Positions 37,731-46,928 of a DNA stretch of 59,345 bases are shown piece after piece. The notes beneath the pieces were generated by a model. It made no database searches. It was given only the letters and a program-made list of their open reading frames with translations, and was not told the DNA's origin. The translations under genes and the position numbers were made by a program. The first letter of the stretch is position 1. Every line of letters begins with the position of its first letter. The DNA lies in assembly GCA_041640515.1 (NCBI GenBank), contig JBEQAD010000002.1:11131-70475 (forward strand), in the 5' to 3' direction. The stretch comes from Saprospiraceae bacterium (lineage in GTDB: Bacteria > Bacteroidota > Bacteroidia > Chitinophagales > Saprospiraceae).

Positions 37731-38402
37731 ATGACCGGTGACCAGCTATGTGAGTGTATCCGACGCGGAGGCTATGCTCGTGAGCGAGCTATCCAAACTA
37801 TTCATAGGCGTTTCTTTTATTTAGTCCGAACGGTAGGCGTGCGCGAAATACGGCTATCGTATGAGGACGCCCAAATGGCATACAGCGATGCAGTGACCGA
37901 GTTGGACAGTATGGTGCGCGGAAACGTAGCGATTGAAGACATCGGAAAAATACTTTACACCCTGGTATATCGGCGATGCGTTGATATCGTACGCAAGCGT
38001 ACGACAAAAACAAAAGCAGAGCCGTTAGACCAAAGGCAGCTAACCTTAGATCTACCTCAGTGGCTCTTGGACGCATTGCAGCATTCGACCGAAGCTATGC
38101 AGGAATTATTCGAAGTAGAAGAAGCCTCCGAAAGGCAGCAGCGCCAACAACGCATCCTCGCCTGTGTAAGAATGGTGGTGGACAGCATGCCTTCTAAGCG
38201 CCGTGCCCTGCTGGTAGACAAACTAGATGGCTACGACTATGAAGAACTAACCCAACTGCACGGCTTCAAAACCGAGGATGTCGCTCGTGAAATGGTTTCC
38301 CGTGCCATGCAGAGCCTTCGCAGTGCGTTGAAGGAAGCCTGCTCGCAACAACAGCCCACATGTCGCGATTTGTGCGCCTGGCTTCGACGCAAGCAACTTT
38401 AA
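37731..38402 (+). CDS. divergent ECF-like sigma factor
   Basis: Region-2-like SYEDAQMAYSDAVTEL...ILYTLVYRRCVDIVRKR and region-4-like MPSKRRALLVDKLDGYDYEELTQLHGFKTEDVAREMVSRAMQSLRSAL. It has an unusually long Gln/Glu-rich linker and a Cys-containing tail. Confidence 0.65.
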   Translation: MTGDQLCECIRRGGYARERAIQTIHRRFFYLVRTVGVREIRLSYEDAQMAYSDAVTELDSMVRGNVAIEDIGKILYTLVYRRCVDIVRKRTTKTKAEPLDQRQLTLDLPQWLLDALQHSTEAMQELFEVEEASERQQRQQRILACVRMVVDSMPSKRRALLVDKLDGYDYEELTQLHGFKTEDVAREMVSRAMQSLRSALKEACSQQQPTCRDLCAWLRRKQL

Positions 38403-38427
38403 TCGCTCACCTACTAAAAAACACACC

Positions 38428-39246
38428 ATGAACGACCCTCGCACCGCTCGCATCGAAAACTACTTAAACGGCACTCTGCCACCAGAAGAACGCCTTGCCT
38501 TCGAGGCGGCGCTAAGTACAGACCCTGAATTAGATGCCGAGGTGCGGTTGCACCGGGTGGCGCGGTTGGCCGTAAACATGGAGAGCCTTCTCGAGCGCCG
38601 TGAGCGTCTCCAGACCCAGGGCCGCCGCTTGCTGCGGAGGCACCTATGGTGGTGGAAAATACGCGATTGGGCCGAGGATACCTTTGCGCAACATAACCCC
38701 GAGGGCTTCAGACACCTCCAATGGGGACGCCTAACGCTGGTCAGCCTATCCCTTCTCCTTGTGGCCTTAGGAACTTGGTGGCTAATGCAAGTATCTCAAA
38801 AAAGTGAAGCACCCATAGTCCTTCGGCCACCGCAGGAACTCTACCAGATGCATTACAAGCGTTTAGAGATTAACTATACATTGGGGGCTGATGAAGAAGA
38901 TAGCTACACCCAAGCCCGTCAGCAGTATATCCAAGGGCACTGTGCCGAAGCCGTAAAGCTCTTGGACGAAGCCCTGGCAGAGCCGACTTTCGAAAACCGC
39001 GCCATGGCGCTGCTGCTCAAAGGAAGTTGCCTATTAGAGATGAGCCAGGCGGCCGATGCCCTTCAGACGCTGCGCCAAGTGCCACCCATAGCTGGGGGAG
39101 TTCATCGCGAAGCTCAATGGTACATAGCGCTGGCTTATTTGCAATTAGGGCAGCGCTCGCAAGCCATAGAGCAATTGCAGCAAATAGCCGCACAGCCTCG
39201 CCATCCTTACTCTGCCCAAGCAAAGGCGTTATTGGGAGTGAAGTAA
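38428..39246 (+). CDS. putative anti-sigma factor: N-terminal sigma-binding helix, one TM helix, TPR-like C-terminal domain
   Basis: IENYLNGTLPPEERLAFEAALSTDPELDAEV motif, TM segment LTLVSLSLLLVALGTWWLM, and a TPR-like C-terminus. It starts 25 nt after the sigma gene. Confidence 0.6.
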   Translation: MNDPRTARIENYLNGTLPPEERLAFEAALSTDPELDAEVRLHRVARLAVNMESLLERRERLQTQGRRLLRRHLWWWKIRDWAEDTFAQHNPEGFRHLQWGRLTLVSLSLLLVALGTWWLMQVSQKSEAPIVLRPPQELYQMHYKRLEINYTLGADEEDSYTQARQQYIQGHCAEAVKLLDEALAEPTFENRAMALLLKGSCLLEMSQAADALQTLRQVPPIAGGVHREAQWYIALAYLQLGQRSQAIEQLQQIAAQPRHPYSAQAKALLGVK

Positions 39247-39306
39247 TGCCGTACCTCGAGCCTTGAGCTGTTGCGTGGAAAGTCGGCTATTTGCACCTTT
39301 GCCGCT

Positions 39307-40902
39307 ATGCAAAGGGAGACGTTCTTCCAATCGTCTGTACCACACATGCCCTTTTTACCAAGGGGTGCGGCAGTAATTATCATGCTCTTCGTTTTTATCT
39401 TAGACGTCTGGGTTTGGGAGAGCGAGAGCATACCGTTTTTGCACCTCTTGGCCGTGCTAATGGGGATCTTTTTTCGAGAGCGCAACGATGTAATACTGGT
39501 GGCAGTGACAGCGACAGCTCTCGTGATAGGGGCTGCGGTGGCACGCCACTACGAAGGCACAGCCTTTCCGCTACAGCAGATCCTTTTTGGACGAACCTTT
39601 TCGCTCATTAGCCTGTGGGCTGGGGCATACGTTGTGTCGCTTGTTCAACGCATGCGGCAGGAAGAGAACGCGCAACAAGAGGAACTTCAAGCACTTTTTC
39701 ACTGCGCCTCTAGCGCCATTGTTATCACAGACACCAATGGACGCATTGTCCGAATCAACCCAGCAGCCTCCCAACTGTTCGGATACGAAGCGCAGGAATT
39801 AAAAGGAAGCCCTATCGAGACCCTTATACCCAAGCGCTTTGCGCGAGTGCATGAACACCACCGGAATAATTACCGATTGCATCCACGAGTGCGCCCTATG
39901 GGTACAGGTATTGACTTGTATGCGTTGCGTAAAGACGGCAGCGAGTTTCCTGTGGCCGTCAGCTTAAGCCCTTTTCGCACTGAGAAAGGAGATTTTGTTG
40001 TAGCTTTTGTAATAGATGACACCCTTCGAAAGGAGAACGAGCAACGTATCGTGCGCCAAAACCAACAGCTCGAACAACTCGCCATCGAGCTACAGAGCCT
40101 CAATGAAAGGTTGGAAGAAAAAATTCAAGAGCGTACTCAGGAATTGGAACGCGCCAAAAACGAACTAGCCGTTGCGTTGGCTGCTGAGCGCGAAGTCGGA
40201 GAATTAAAAAGCCGATTCGTCTCTATGGCCTCCCACGAGTTCCGTACTCCCCTAAGCACCGTGCTCTCTTCTGCTGCTCTCATCAAATCTTACGCAGAGC
40301 GCGGCGATCTGGACAACATCCGCAAGCATGCCCTGCGCATCCAGACGGCTGTCAACAATTTGAACACCATTCTGACAGAGTTCTTGTCGTTAGGCCGGTT
40401 AGAAGAAGGTAAAACCGAACCGCACTTGTCGGAAACAGACCTGCTCGCCCTCATCGAAGAAGCTATTGGCGAAATGGCCTTGGTGCTGCGCCCCGGTCAA
40501 ACCATAGAGCACCACCACGAAGGTGAGCGACGGGTGTGCCTGGACCCAGCGCTGTTCAAGCATGTGCTTATCAATTTGCTCTCCAATGCCAGCAAGTACT
40601 CGCCCGAAGGCGCCATCATCCGCGTGTACTCGCGCATTGACGAAACAGGTGCCAAGGTGCACGTGAGGGATAGTGGCTTGGGCATCCCTACCTCCGACCA
40701 GAAGCATTTGTTCTCGCGCTTCTTCCGCGCAGCCAACGCCGTTAATGTACAAGGCACGGGTTTGGGTTTATACATCGTGAAACGATACGTAGAACTTATG
40801 GGAGGAGAAATTGGGTTTCATAGCGAAGAGGGTAAAGGCTCCGACTTCTGGGTTCGCTTTTCGAAGATGGCGGCAGCGCCCGAGCAAGTCACTTCCCTAT
40901 GA
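39307..40902 (+). CDS. membrane-bound PAS-domain sensor histidine kinase (no response regulator nearby)
   Basis: About 4 N-terminal TM segments, a PAS domain, a coiled coil, H-box SHEFRTPL, N-box LLSNASKYSP, G1 DSGLGIP and G2 GTGLGL. Confidence 0.9.
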   Translation: MQRETFFQSSVPHMPFLPRGAAVIIMLFVFILDVWVWESESIPFLHLLAVLMGIFFRERNDVILVAVTATALVIGAAVARHYEGTAFPLQQILFGRTFSLISLWAGAYVVSLVQRMRQEENAQQEELQALFHCASSAIVITDTNGRIVRINPAASQLFGYEAQELKGSPIETLIPKRFARVHEHHRNNYRLHPRVRPMGTGIDLYALRKDGSEFPVAVSLSPFRTEKGDFVVAFVIDDTLRKENEQRIVRQNQQLEQLAIELQSLNERLEEKIQERTQELERAKNELAVALAAEREVGELKSRFVSMASHEFRTPLSTVLSSAALIKSYAERGDLDNIRKHALRIQTAVNNLNTILTEFLSLGRLEEGKTEPHLSETDLLALIEEAIGEMALVLRPGQTIEHHHEGERRVCLDPALFKHVLINLLSNASKYSPEGAIIRVYSRIDETGAKVHVRDSGLGIPTSDQKHLFSRFFRAANAVNVQGTGLGLYIVKRYVELMGGEIGFHSEEGKGSDFWVRFSKMAAAPEQVTSL

Positions 40903-41426
40903 AAAGACACCTTTTTCTTATTGGTTTCATGGGCAGTGGCAAAACATACTGGGGCGAGCGGCTAGCAGTGGCGTGGAATAAGCCCTTTGTAGACTTGGAT
41001 GAAAAGATTGAAGCCGGCGAAAAAAGCACCATTGCCGAGATTTTCGCACGCGCCGGCGAAGCCGAGTTTAGAACCATCGAGCGCCGCTACCTGCACCAGC
41101 TGGCTGTACACTCGCCCAGCATCGTGGCCACAGGCGGCGGGACACCATGCTTTTTTGACAACCTGGCCTGGATGCGAGCACACGGAGCGGTGCTCTTTCT
41201 TGACGTGCCGTGGGAGGTACTGCTCCAGCGGCTACAGAAGGACGCAGGTAGGCGTCCGCTGCTAACTCATGCAGATGCCCAAGCCGTACGGCTGTTGTGG
41301 CAAAGTCGCCTACCTTGCTATCGGCAAGCCAACGACATCGTACCCTTCTCTTCTTCTAGTAGTGAGGGTATTTTTTGGGAAAGACTCTGCTTAGCTGCCC
41401 AAAGAGCACTGGAAGCAGAGGGCTAA
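40899..41426 (+). CDS. aroK: shikimate kinase
   Basis: 175 aa. Walker A GFMGSGKT. Its ATG overlaps the kinase TGA (ATGA). Confidence 0.9.
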   Translation: MKRHLFLIGFMGSGKTYWGERLAVAWNKPFVDLDEKIEAGEKSTIAEIFARAGEAEFRTIERRYLHQLAVHSPSIVATGGGTPCFFDNLAWMRAHGAVLFLDVPWEVLLQRLQKDAGRRPLLTHADAQAVRLLWQSRLPCYRQANDIVPFSSSSSEGIFWERLCLAAQRALEAEG

Positions 41427-41479
41427 GAACACCTCCGGAGGGCGTAACTTCTCATGATCTACTGAATAACGCTGACTGA

Positions 41480-43117
41480 CTAAGCGCCACTGTCGTTATC
41501 GGTTGGCGGTTCTTCTGTCTGGGCTGAAGACGTCTTCTTTCGAGAGGATGGCTTGGGCGCAGATAAATCTTCGCTTTTATCTGTTGCTTCCACGATTATT
41601 TCGACTGATCCCTCAGCCTCTTCCTTCACCGGATCCTGGGGCGTACGAGGCTCTTCTTCGCGCCTTTCTTTTACTACGCCTTTGGCCATCTCAGCTACCT
41701 GGCCTATCCAATCTTTTGCGGTTTCCTGCGCTTTTTCGGAGAGATCTTCGAGCAGGTCTTCCGTTTTTTCCAGGGCGTTCTCCACCCACTCTTCCGCCTG
41801 TTCAGCCATCTTGTCGGCCTGCTCGCTCAACACTTGGCCTATGGCCCGGGCAGTATCCACGGCATCCTGAAGGGCTTCACCCGCAAGGCGGGCAGCAACT
41901 TCGATGGGATGATCATCCGGCACTTCTTTGACTTGCTCTGCTGCAGGCGGGGCGGGTTCGGCCGTACTTGCTGTCTCTCGGGAAGCAATTTGCTGAGCAA
42001 TCTCCGCTTGCGCAGCTGCTTTAGCAGCCTCTATACGCAAACGCTCGGCTTCCTTGGCCTGGCGTTGCGCTTCTCTTTCCCTGGCTTTAGCCACCTGGCG
42101 CTCTAGGCCACTGAGCGTATTGAGAATCTCCTTGAGTTTTTCGCGTTTGACATTGAGGCGCTCTTCGATCATCTTGATTTTAGCCACACGGATCTGCGCC
42201 TCCAGTTGGCCCTCTGTCGTCGCAATCTTGCGGTTTTGGAACTCCAGATCTTCTTCATCACGGCGGATGCTGTCCTGGATGCGTTGAGCAGCTTCCTTGA
42301 GGCCTGCAATACGTCGGTCGAAGCGTTCGGTCAGAGAACCCTCGTTGGCAGAGGGGCCAAAACGACGCTCTTTGGCGGCTTTGAAAGCCTTGTCAATGCG
42401 ATCCCAAAGGCGGTTGCGGTGCTCGTTAGTCATCTTGGCCTCGCGGTAATCACGCTGAATAACTTTCAATTCCTCAAAAACGGTGTTGAGTTTCGCACTA
42501 CCTGCAGCAATGGTTTTTTCAATCTCCTCCAAGCGCGCTATGAAGGCGTCGTAAACAACCTGGGAGGCGCTACGGGCCTCATCCTGCATTTGATTGCGCA
42601 ACCGACGGAGCTTTTCGAATAGGTTGTTGATGTTGTCGCGCAGATTGTCGGCATGAGCACGGAAGAGGTTGCGCTCCCGAGTTTGCTCTTGCACCTTGTC
42701 CCAAAAAGCGCGCAAGTCTTCCCAAAGGCCATTGTCAAAATGCTGGAGGGCTGCTATTTTCTCTCTAAACTCTTCCAGTTCTTGCTGATAAGCCTGATGG
42801 AGCTTGGTAGATAGCACCACGAAGTGCCACTCTGTCTGAGCGCGCTGAACGACGCCACTTCGGTCGTCGGCCTTGAGGTCTTCGGGAAGCAGACTGTCAG
42901 CTATGGCCAGTTCGCGCTCCAAAAGGCTGTGCTCTGGAAGTTCGATGGGCTTGTCGTTCTTCCAGTCGTTCATCATTTGGTTGTAAAAGGCTTCCGTAAC
43001 GACGGCTTCCGGGAAAGTGTAAAGCAACACCTTGTTGTCTTCTGCTTTCAATTCGAGGGCGATAAGGACTCTCTCGTTGGCAGCATTTGTTCCCCAAACG
43101 ACAATTTTGTTCTTCAT
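41480..43117 (-). CDS. hypothetical protein: small globular N-domain, long coiled coil, acidic/low-complexity tail
   Basis: 545 aa with a clean reading frame. It has heptad-rich Glu/Arg/Lys/Ala segments (e.g. REREAQRQAKEAERLRIEAAKAAAQAEIAQQ) and recurrent LW..R....F helices reminiscent of DUF349 repeats (uncertain). Confidence 0.7.
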   Translation of the reverse strand: MKNKIVVWGTNAANERVLIALELKAEDNKVLLYTFPEAVVTEAFYNQMMNDWKNDKPIELPEHSLLERELAIADSLLPEDLKADDRSGVVQRAQTEWHFVVLSTKLHQAYQQELEEFREKIAALQHFDNGLWEDLRAFWDKVQEQTRERNLFRAHADNLRDNINNLFEKLRRLRNQMQDEARSASQVVYDAFIARLEEIEKTIAAGSAKLNTVFEELKVIQRDYREAKMTNEHRNRLWDRIDKAFKAAKERRFGPSANEGSLTERFDRRIAGLKEAAQRIQDSIRRDEEDLEFQNRKIATTEGQLEAQIRVAKIKMIEERLNVKREKLKEILNTLSGLERQVAKAREREAQRQAKEAERLRIEAAKAAAQAEIAQQIASRETASTAEPAPPAAEQVKEVPDDHPIEVAARLAGEALQDAVDTARAIGQVLSEQADKMAEQAEEWVENALEKTEDLLEDLSEKAQETAKDWIGQVAEMAKGVVKERREEEPRTPQDPVKEEAEGSVEIIVEATDKSEDLSAPKPSSRKKTSSAQTEEPPTDNDSGA

Positions 43118-43196
43118 TGCTTACGGGCGGTTAAAGGCGAGATACGAAGGGAAGATCTGAGGTAAAATCTCTTGTTTGTCCTGCGTTTTGAGTGGG

Positions 43197-43204
43197 CAAA
43201 TTTA
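43197..43204 (-). promoter_or_regulatory. -7 box (TAaaTTTG) upstream of the coiled-coil gene
   Basis: Plus strand reads caaattta, 80 nt upstream of the ATG at 43117 and just downstream of the asd stop. Confidence 0.3.
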
Positions 43205-43209
43205 GCAGG

Positions 43210-44223
43210 TCAATTTCGGTTTGGCTCGCTTGGCTTTAAAATTCCGCATTGCAGGAGGTATTCGGCAATTTGTACGGCGTTGGTAGCCGCACCTTTGCGC
43301 AGGTTGTCGGCCACTATCCAGAGATTAAGGGTGTTGGGCTGACTTTCATCGCGGCGCAAGCGGCCCACAAAGACCTCGTCCTTATCTTGAGCATACAAGG
43401 GCATGGGGTACTGGTTTTGGGCAGGCTCATCTATGAGCACTACGCCGGGCGCCTCGCGCAGCAGTTGGCGTACGCTATCCAAGTCAAAGTCGCGTTCAAA
43501 CTCGACATTGACCGCTTCAGAATGGCCGCCCAACACGGGTACGCGCACGGTAGTTGCTGTTACGCGAATGCGCTCATCACCCATGATTTTCTTAGTTTCC
43601 AGCACCATTTTCATTTCTTCTTTGGTGTAGCCATTCTCCAGGAACACGTCAATGTGCGGCAGCACGTTGAGGTCAATGGGATGTGGGTAGGCACGCTCCA
43701 CTGTTCTATTGCGGCGCTCGCCCATGAGTTGCCGAACGGCCTTGACGCCAGTGCCTGTAACGGCCTGATAAGTACTGACCACAATACGCCGAATGGTGTA
43801 GCGGTCGTGCAATGGCTTGAGCGCCACTACCATCTGAATGGTTGAGCAGTTAGGATTAGCAATGATGCGGTCGGCGGCTGTCAGCACGTGAGCGTTCACT
43901 TCGGGCACTACCAGTTTCTTGTCTGGCTCCATGCGCCAAGCGCTAGAGTTGTCCACGACGATGGTGCCCCCTTCAGCAAAAGCCGGCGCCCAGGTTTTGG
44001 ACGTGGTTCCACCTGCGCTAAACAGGGCTAAGTCTGGCTTCAGCGCGATGGCATCTTGCATACCGATAACCCGATGGCGGGTGCCTCTGAAACGGATATA
44101 CCTGCCTACCGAACGCTCGGACGCAACGGGAATCAGCTGGCTAACAGGGAAGTGGCGCTCTTCGAGCACCTGAAGCATTTTGGAGCCAACCAGACCGGTA
44201 GCTCCCACAACGGCTACTCTCAT
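43210..44223 (-). CDS. asd: aspartate-semialdehyde dehydrogenase
   Basis: 337 aa from MRVAVVGATGLVGSKM, with active-site IANPNCSTIQ. The track's 5' extension to 44373 runs through the -7 box at 44255-44248. Confidence 0.93.
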   Translation of the reverse strand: MRVAVVGATGLVGSKMLQVLEERHFPVSQLIPVASERSVGRYIRFRGTRHRVIGMQDAIALKPDLALFSAGGTTSKTWAPAFAEGGTIVVDNSSAWRMEPDKKLVVPEVNAHVLTAADRIIANPNCSTIQMVVALKPLHDRYTIRRIVVSTYQAVTGTGVKAVRQLMGERRNRTVERAYPHPIDLNVLPHIDVFLENGYTKEEMKMVLETKKIMGDERIRVTATTVRVPVLGGHSEAVNVEFERDFDLDSVRQLLREAPGVVLIDEPAQNQYPMPLYAQDKDEVFVGRLRRDESQPNTLNLWIVADNLRKGAATNAVQIAEYLLQCGILKPSEPNRN

Positions 44224-44247
44224 GGAAGTGTCAGTAAAAACAGGAGG

Positions 44248-44255
44248 CAAAGGTA
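44248..44255 (-). promoter_or_regulatory. -7 box (TAccTTTG) upstream of asd
   Basis: Plus strand reads caaaggta, 25 nt upstream of the ATG at 44223. Confidence 0.45.
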
Positions 44256-44318
44256 CAAGGCAAAAAGTGCTCCGTTCACCTAAGAAATAGGCCGGATTAC
44301 CGACCTTCGCCTCCGAAA

Positions 44319-44987
44319 ATGATTGATATGTTCGTACGCTTACATCGAGAGGGCTTTGCCGTTTTGCTGGCAATTGGTCTCTTTCTCCTGTTTGTCAACG
44401 TGGTGGTGCGAGCCTCTGGCTCGGTCTTTTTTTGGCCGGTGTTGGTGCTGTCCGTAATTGTTTACGGCCTGTTCGTGCAATTTTTCCGAAACCCAGCACG
44501 TCCCATCTCGCAGATGGATAACCGCATAGTGTATGCTCCAGCGGATGGTCGTATCTGTGCCATAGAGGAGGTCATTGAAACGGAGTACTTTGGCGACAAG
44601 CGCTTGCAAGTATCCATTTTTATGTCACCGCTCAACGTTCATGTCAACCGAAACCCTGTGGGCGGCGTTGTGCGCTACTTTCGATATCACCCTGGAAAAT
44701 ACCTGGTGGCCTGGCATCCTAAAAGCAGCGTCGAAAACGAACACACCACAGTGGTGTACGATATCGGCAACCACCAGATCCTCATGCGCCAAATTGCTGG
44801 CGCCCTAGCCCGACGTATCAAGTGGTACGTATCTGAAGGGCAAAGGGTAACGCAGGGCGAAGAAATGGGCTTCATCAAATTCGGTTCTCGTGTTGACCTC
44901 TTCTTGCCCCTCCACGCCAAGGTGAACGTAAAGATGGAACAAAACGTCCGCGGCAACCGCGACATCATTGCCTACTTGCCTGACTAA
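44319..44987 (+). CDS. psd: phosphatidylserine decarboxylase proenzyme (short type)
   Basis: 222 aa. N-terminal TM helices and an FGSRVD self-cleavage motif near the C-terminus. Confidence 0.9.
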   Translation: MIDMFVRLHREGFAVLLAIGLFLLFVNVVVRASGSVFFWPVLVLSVIVYGLFVQFFRNPARPISQMDNRIVYAPADGRICAIEEVIETEYFGDKRLQVSIFMSPLNVHVNRNPVGGVVRYFRYHPGKYLVAWHPKSSVENEHTTVVYDIGNHQILMRQIAGALARRIKWYVSEGQRVTQGEEMGFIKFGSRVDLFLPLHAKVNVKMEQNVRGNRDIIAYLPD

Positions 44988-45014
44988 CAAACTATTGCGA
45001 ATCTATAACATCGT

Positions 45015-46571
45015 ATGACCGACCAGGAATTGATACGGCGAGAAGCACTCCAGAAGCTCCGTGAATTGGGCATTGAGCCTTATCCCGCTGAGCTGTTTGA
45101 TGTGACGGCTTCGGCGGCCGATATTGCGGCCAACTACCGTGAAGAAGTACTGGAAGACGGCTCGAAGAATCGCCTCAACTATCAAGATGTATCGCTTGCC
45201 GGCCGCATCATGGCCGTGCGCGAGGCCGGTAAGGCGCTGTTTATGAACCTGCAGGATAGCAGTGGCCGCATCCAGCTGTATGTGCGTCGCGACGACTTTG
45301 CTCAGGGCGACGACTTCACTTTCTTTGATGTGGTCATTAAAAAACTGCTCGACCTGGGCGACTACATCGGCGTGCGCGGCTTTGCTTTCAAAACGCGTAC
45401 CGGCGAGGTGACTGTCCACGTACGGGAGCTAAAGTTGCTTGCCAAAAGCCTGCGTCCTTTGCCCATTGTCAAACGCGACGCCGAGGGCAACGTTCACGAC
45501 GCCTTCACCGACCCGGAACTGCGCCATCGCATGCGCTACGTGGATTTGACGGTCAACCCGGAGTACCGTCAGATTTTTCTTAAACGGAGCAAGATGATAC
45601 GCACCATGCGCGCCTACTTGGACGAACTGGGGCTGCTCGAGGTAGAAACGCCTATCCTGCAGCCGGTTTACGGCGGAGCGCTGGCACGGCCCTTCATCAC
45701 GCACCATAACGCGTTGGACATGCCCCTGTACTTGCGCATTTCCAATGAACTATACCTTAAGCGCCTCATTGTAGGCGGCTTTGATGGCGTGTACGAGTTT
45801 GCCAAAGTTTTCCGCAACGAGGGTATTGACCGCACACACAACCCCGAGTTTACCCTGCTGGAGTTCTACGTTGCCTACAAGGACTACCTCTGGCTCATGA
45901 GTATAACTGAGCAAATGCTGGAACGCGTCGCTCGCGCCCTTAGCGACGACGGCAGCGCCTTAGTGCCTTTTGGCCAGCACTTGCTCAACTTCGAAGGACC
46001 TTATCCCCGCTTTACGATGGCCGACATCCTCCAGAAATATACAGGCCTCGACATGGAAACTGCCACAGAGCGCGAGCTGCGCGCCTATTGCGACCAACAA
46101 AACATCGAGATTGAGCCAAGCATGGGCAAAGCCCAGCTGCTGGATGAAATTTTTAGCGAAAAAGTCGAAAAGCACCTCATACAGCCCACCTTTATCCTGG
46201 ATTACCCCCTCGAAATGTCGCCGCTCACCAAAAAGCACCGCACCAAACCCGGGTTGGTCGAGCGCTTCGAGCTGTACGTCAATGGCAAAGAGGTAGCCAA
46301 TGCCTACTCCGAGCTCAACGACCCCATAGACCAGCGCAAGCGCTTCGAAGAGCAGCGACGCTGGGCAGAGCGCGGTGATGAAGAGGCCATGGCCACAGAC
46401 GAAGATTTCCTGCGCGCCCTTGAATACGGCATGCCGCCCACGGGAGGCATCGGCTTCGGTATTGACCGCTTAGCCATGCTCTTCACCGGGCAGACCTCCA
46501 TTCAGGAGGTGCTCTTCTTCCCACAAATGCGCCCCGAAGCACCCCGACGCCAGGAGGAGCGGCTGCATTAG
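45015..46571 (+). CDS. lysS: lysine--tRNA ligase, class II
   Basis: 518 aa. OB-fold anticodon-binding domain, and a class II core including KVFRNEGID and GIGFGIDRL. Confidence 0.96.
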   Translation: MTDQELIRREALQKLRELGIEPYPAELFDVTASAADIAANYREEVLEDGSKNRLNYQDVSLAGRIMAVREAGKALFMNLQDSSGRIQLYVRRDDFAQGDDFTFFDVVIKKLLDLGDYIGVRGFAFKTRTGEVTVHVRELKLLAKSLRPLPIVKRDAEGNVHDAFTDPELRHRMRYVDLTVNPEYRQIFLKRSKMIRTMRAYLDELGLLEVETPILQPVYGGALARPFITHHNALDMPLYLRISNELYLKRLIVGGFDGVYEFAKVFRNEGIDRTHNPEFTLLEFYVAYKDYLWLMSITEQMLERVARALSDDGSALVPFGQHLLNFEGPYPRFTMADILQKYTGLDMETATERELRAYCDQQNIEIEPSMGKAQLLDEIFSEKVEKHLIQPTFILDYPLEMSPLTKKHRTKPGLVERFELYVNGKEVANAYSELNDPIDQRKRFEEQRRWAERGDEEAMATDEDFLRALEYGMPPTGGIGFGIDRLAMLFTGQTSIQEVLFFPQMRPEAPRRQEERLH

Positions 46572-46793
46572 GGCGCAGAAAAGCCTTCACACTAATTTTT
46601 TTTAAGGGCAAAAAAGAAAATTTTCACGCCTAATTTTCAACAAAAGTGCAGAAAGACAAAAGTTAGATTACTTTGCAAAACACTGTAAATGTTTTTTTTA
46701 TAAAAAAAACTTGCTTAATCAGCCCTAAAACATCAAAAACAAACGCTTTTTATTGTTCTTGTTTACCGGTTGTTACCCCAGCACTTTTGTATC

Positions 46794-46916
46794 GTCAATG
46801 ATAACAAACGGATGTAGTGAAGAAGAAAGCGGTTATTGTTGACCTGAAGATTTGAGACTTTTCATGAGATTATACGGGAAACCGCCGCGGCACAAAAGAG
46901 TGCCGCGGTTTTTTTT
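46794..46916 (+). ncRNA. candidate small RNA (two hairpins, the second an intrinsic terminator)
   Basis: gtcaatgataac (46794-46805) pairs with gttattgttgac (46832-46843) using two G-U pairs that work only on the plus strand. The terminator is at 46885-46916. A near-consensus promoter lies upstream: TTG at 46759-46761 and cacttttg at 46782-46789. No ORF of 60 aa or more covers this region. Confidence 0.3.
46885..46916 (+). terminator. strong plus-strand intrinsic terminator about 310 nt downstream of lysS
   Basis: ccgcggcac (46885-46893) pairs with gtgccgcgg (46900-46908), followed by TTTTTTTT (46909-46916). Confidence 0.75.
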
Positions 46917-46928
46917 GCCCATACTCCC

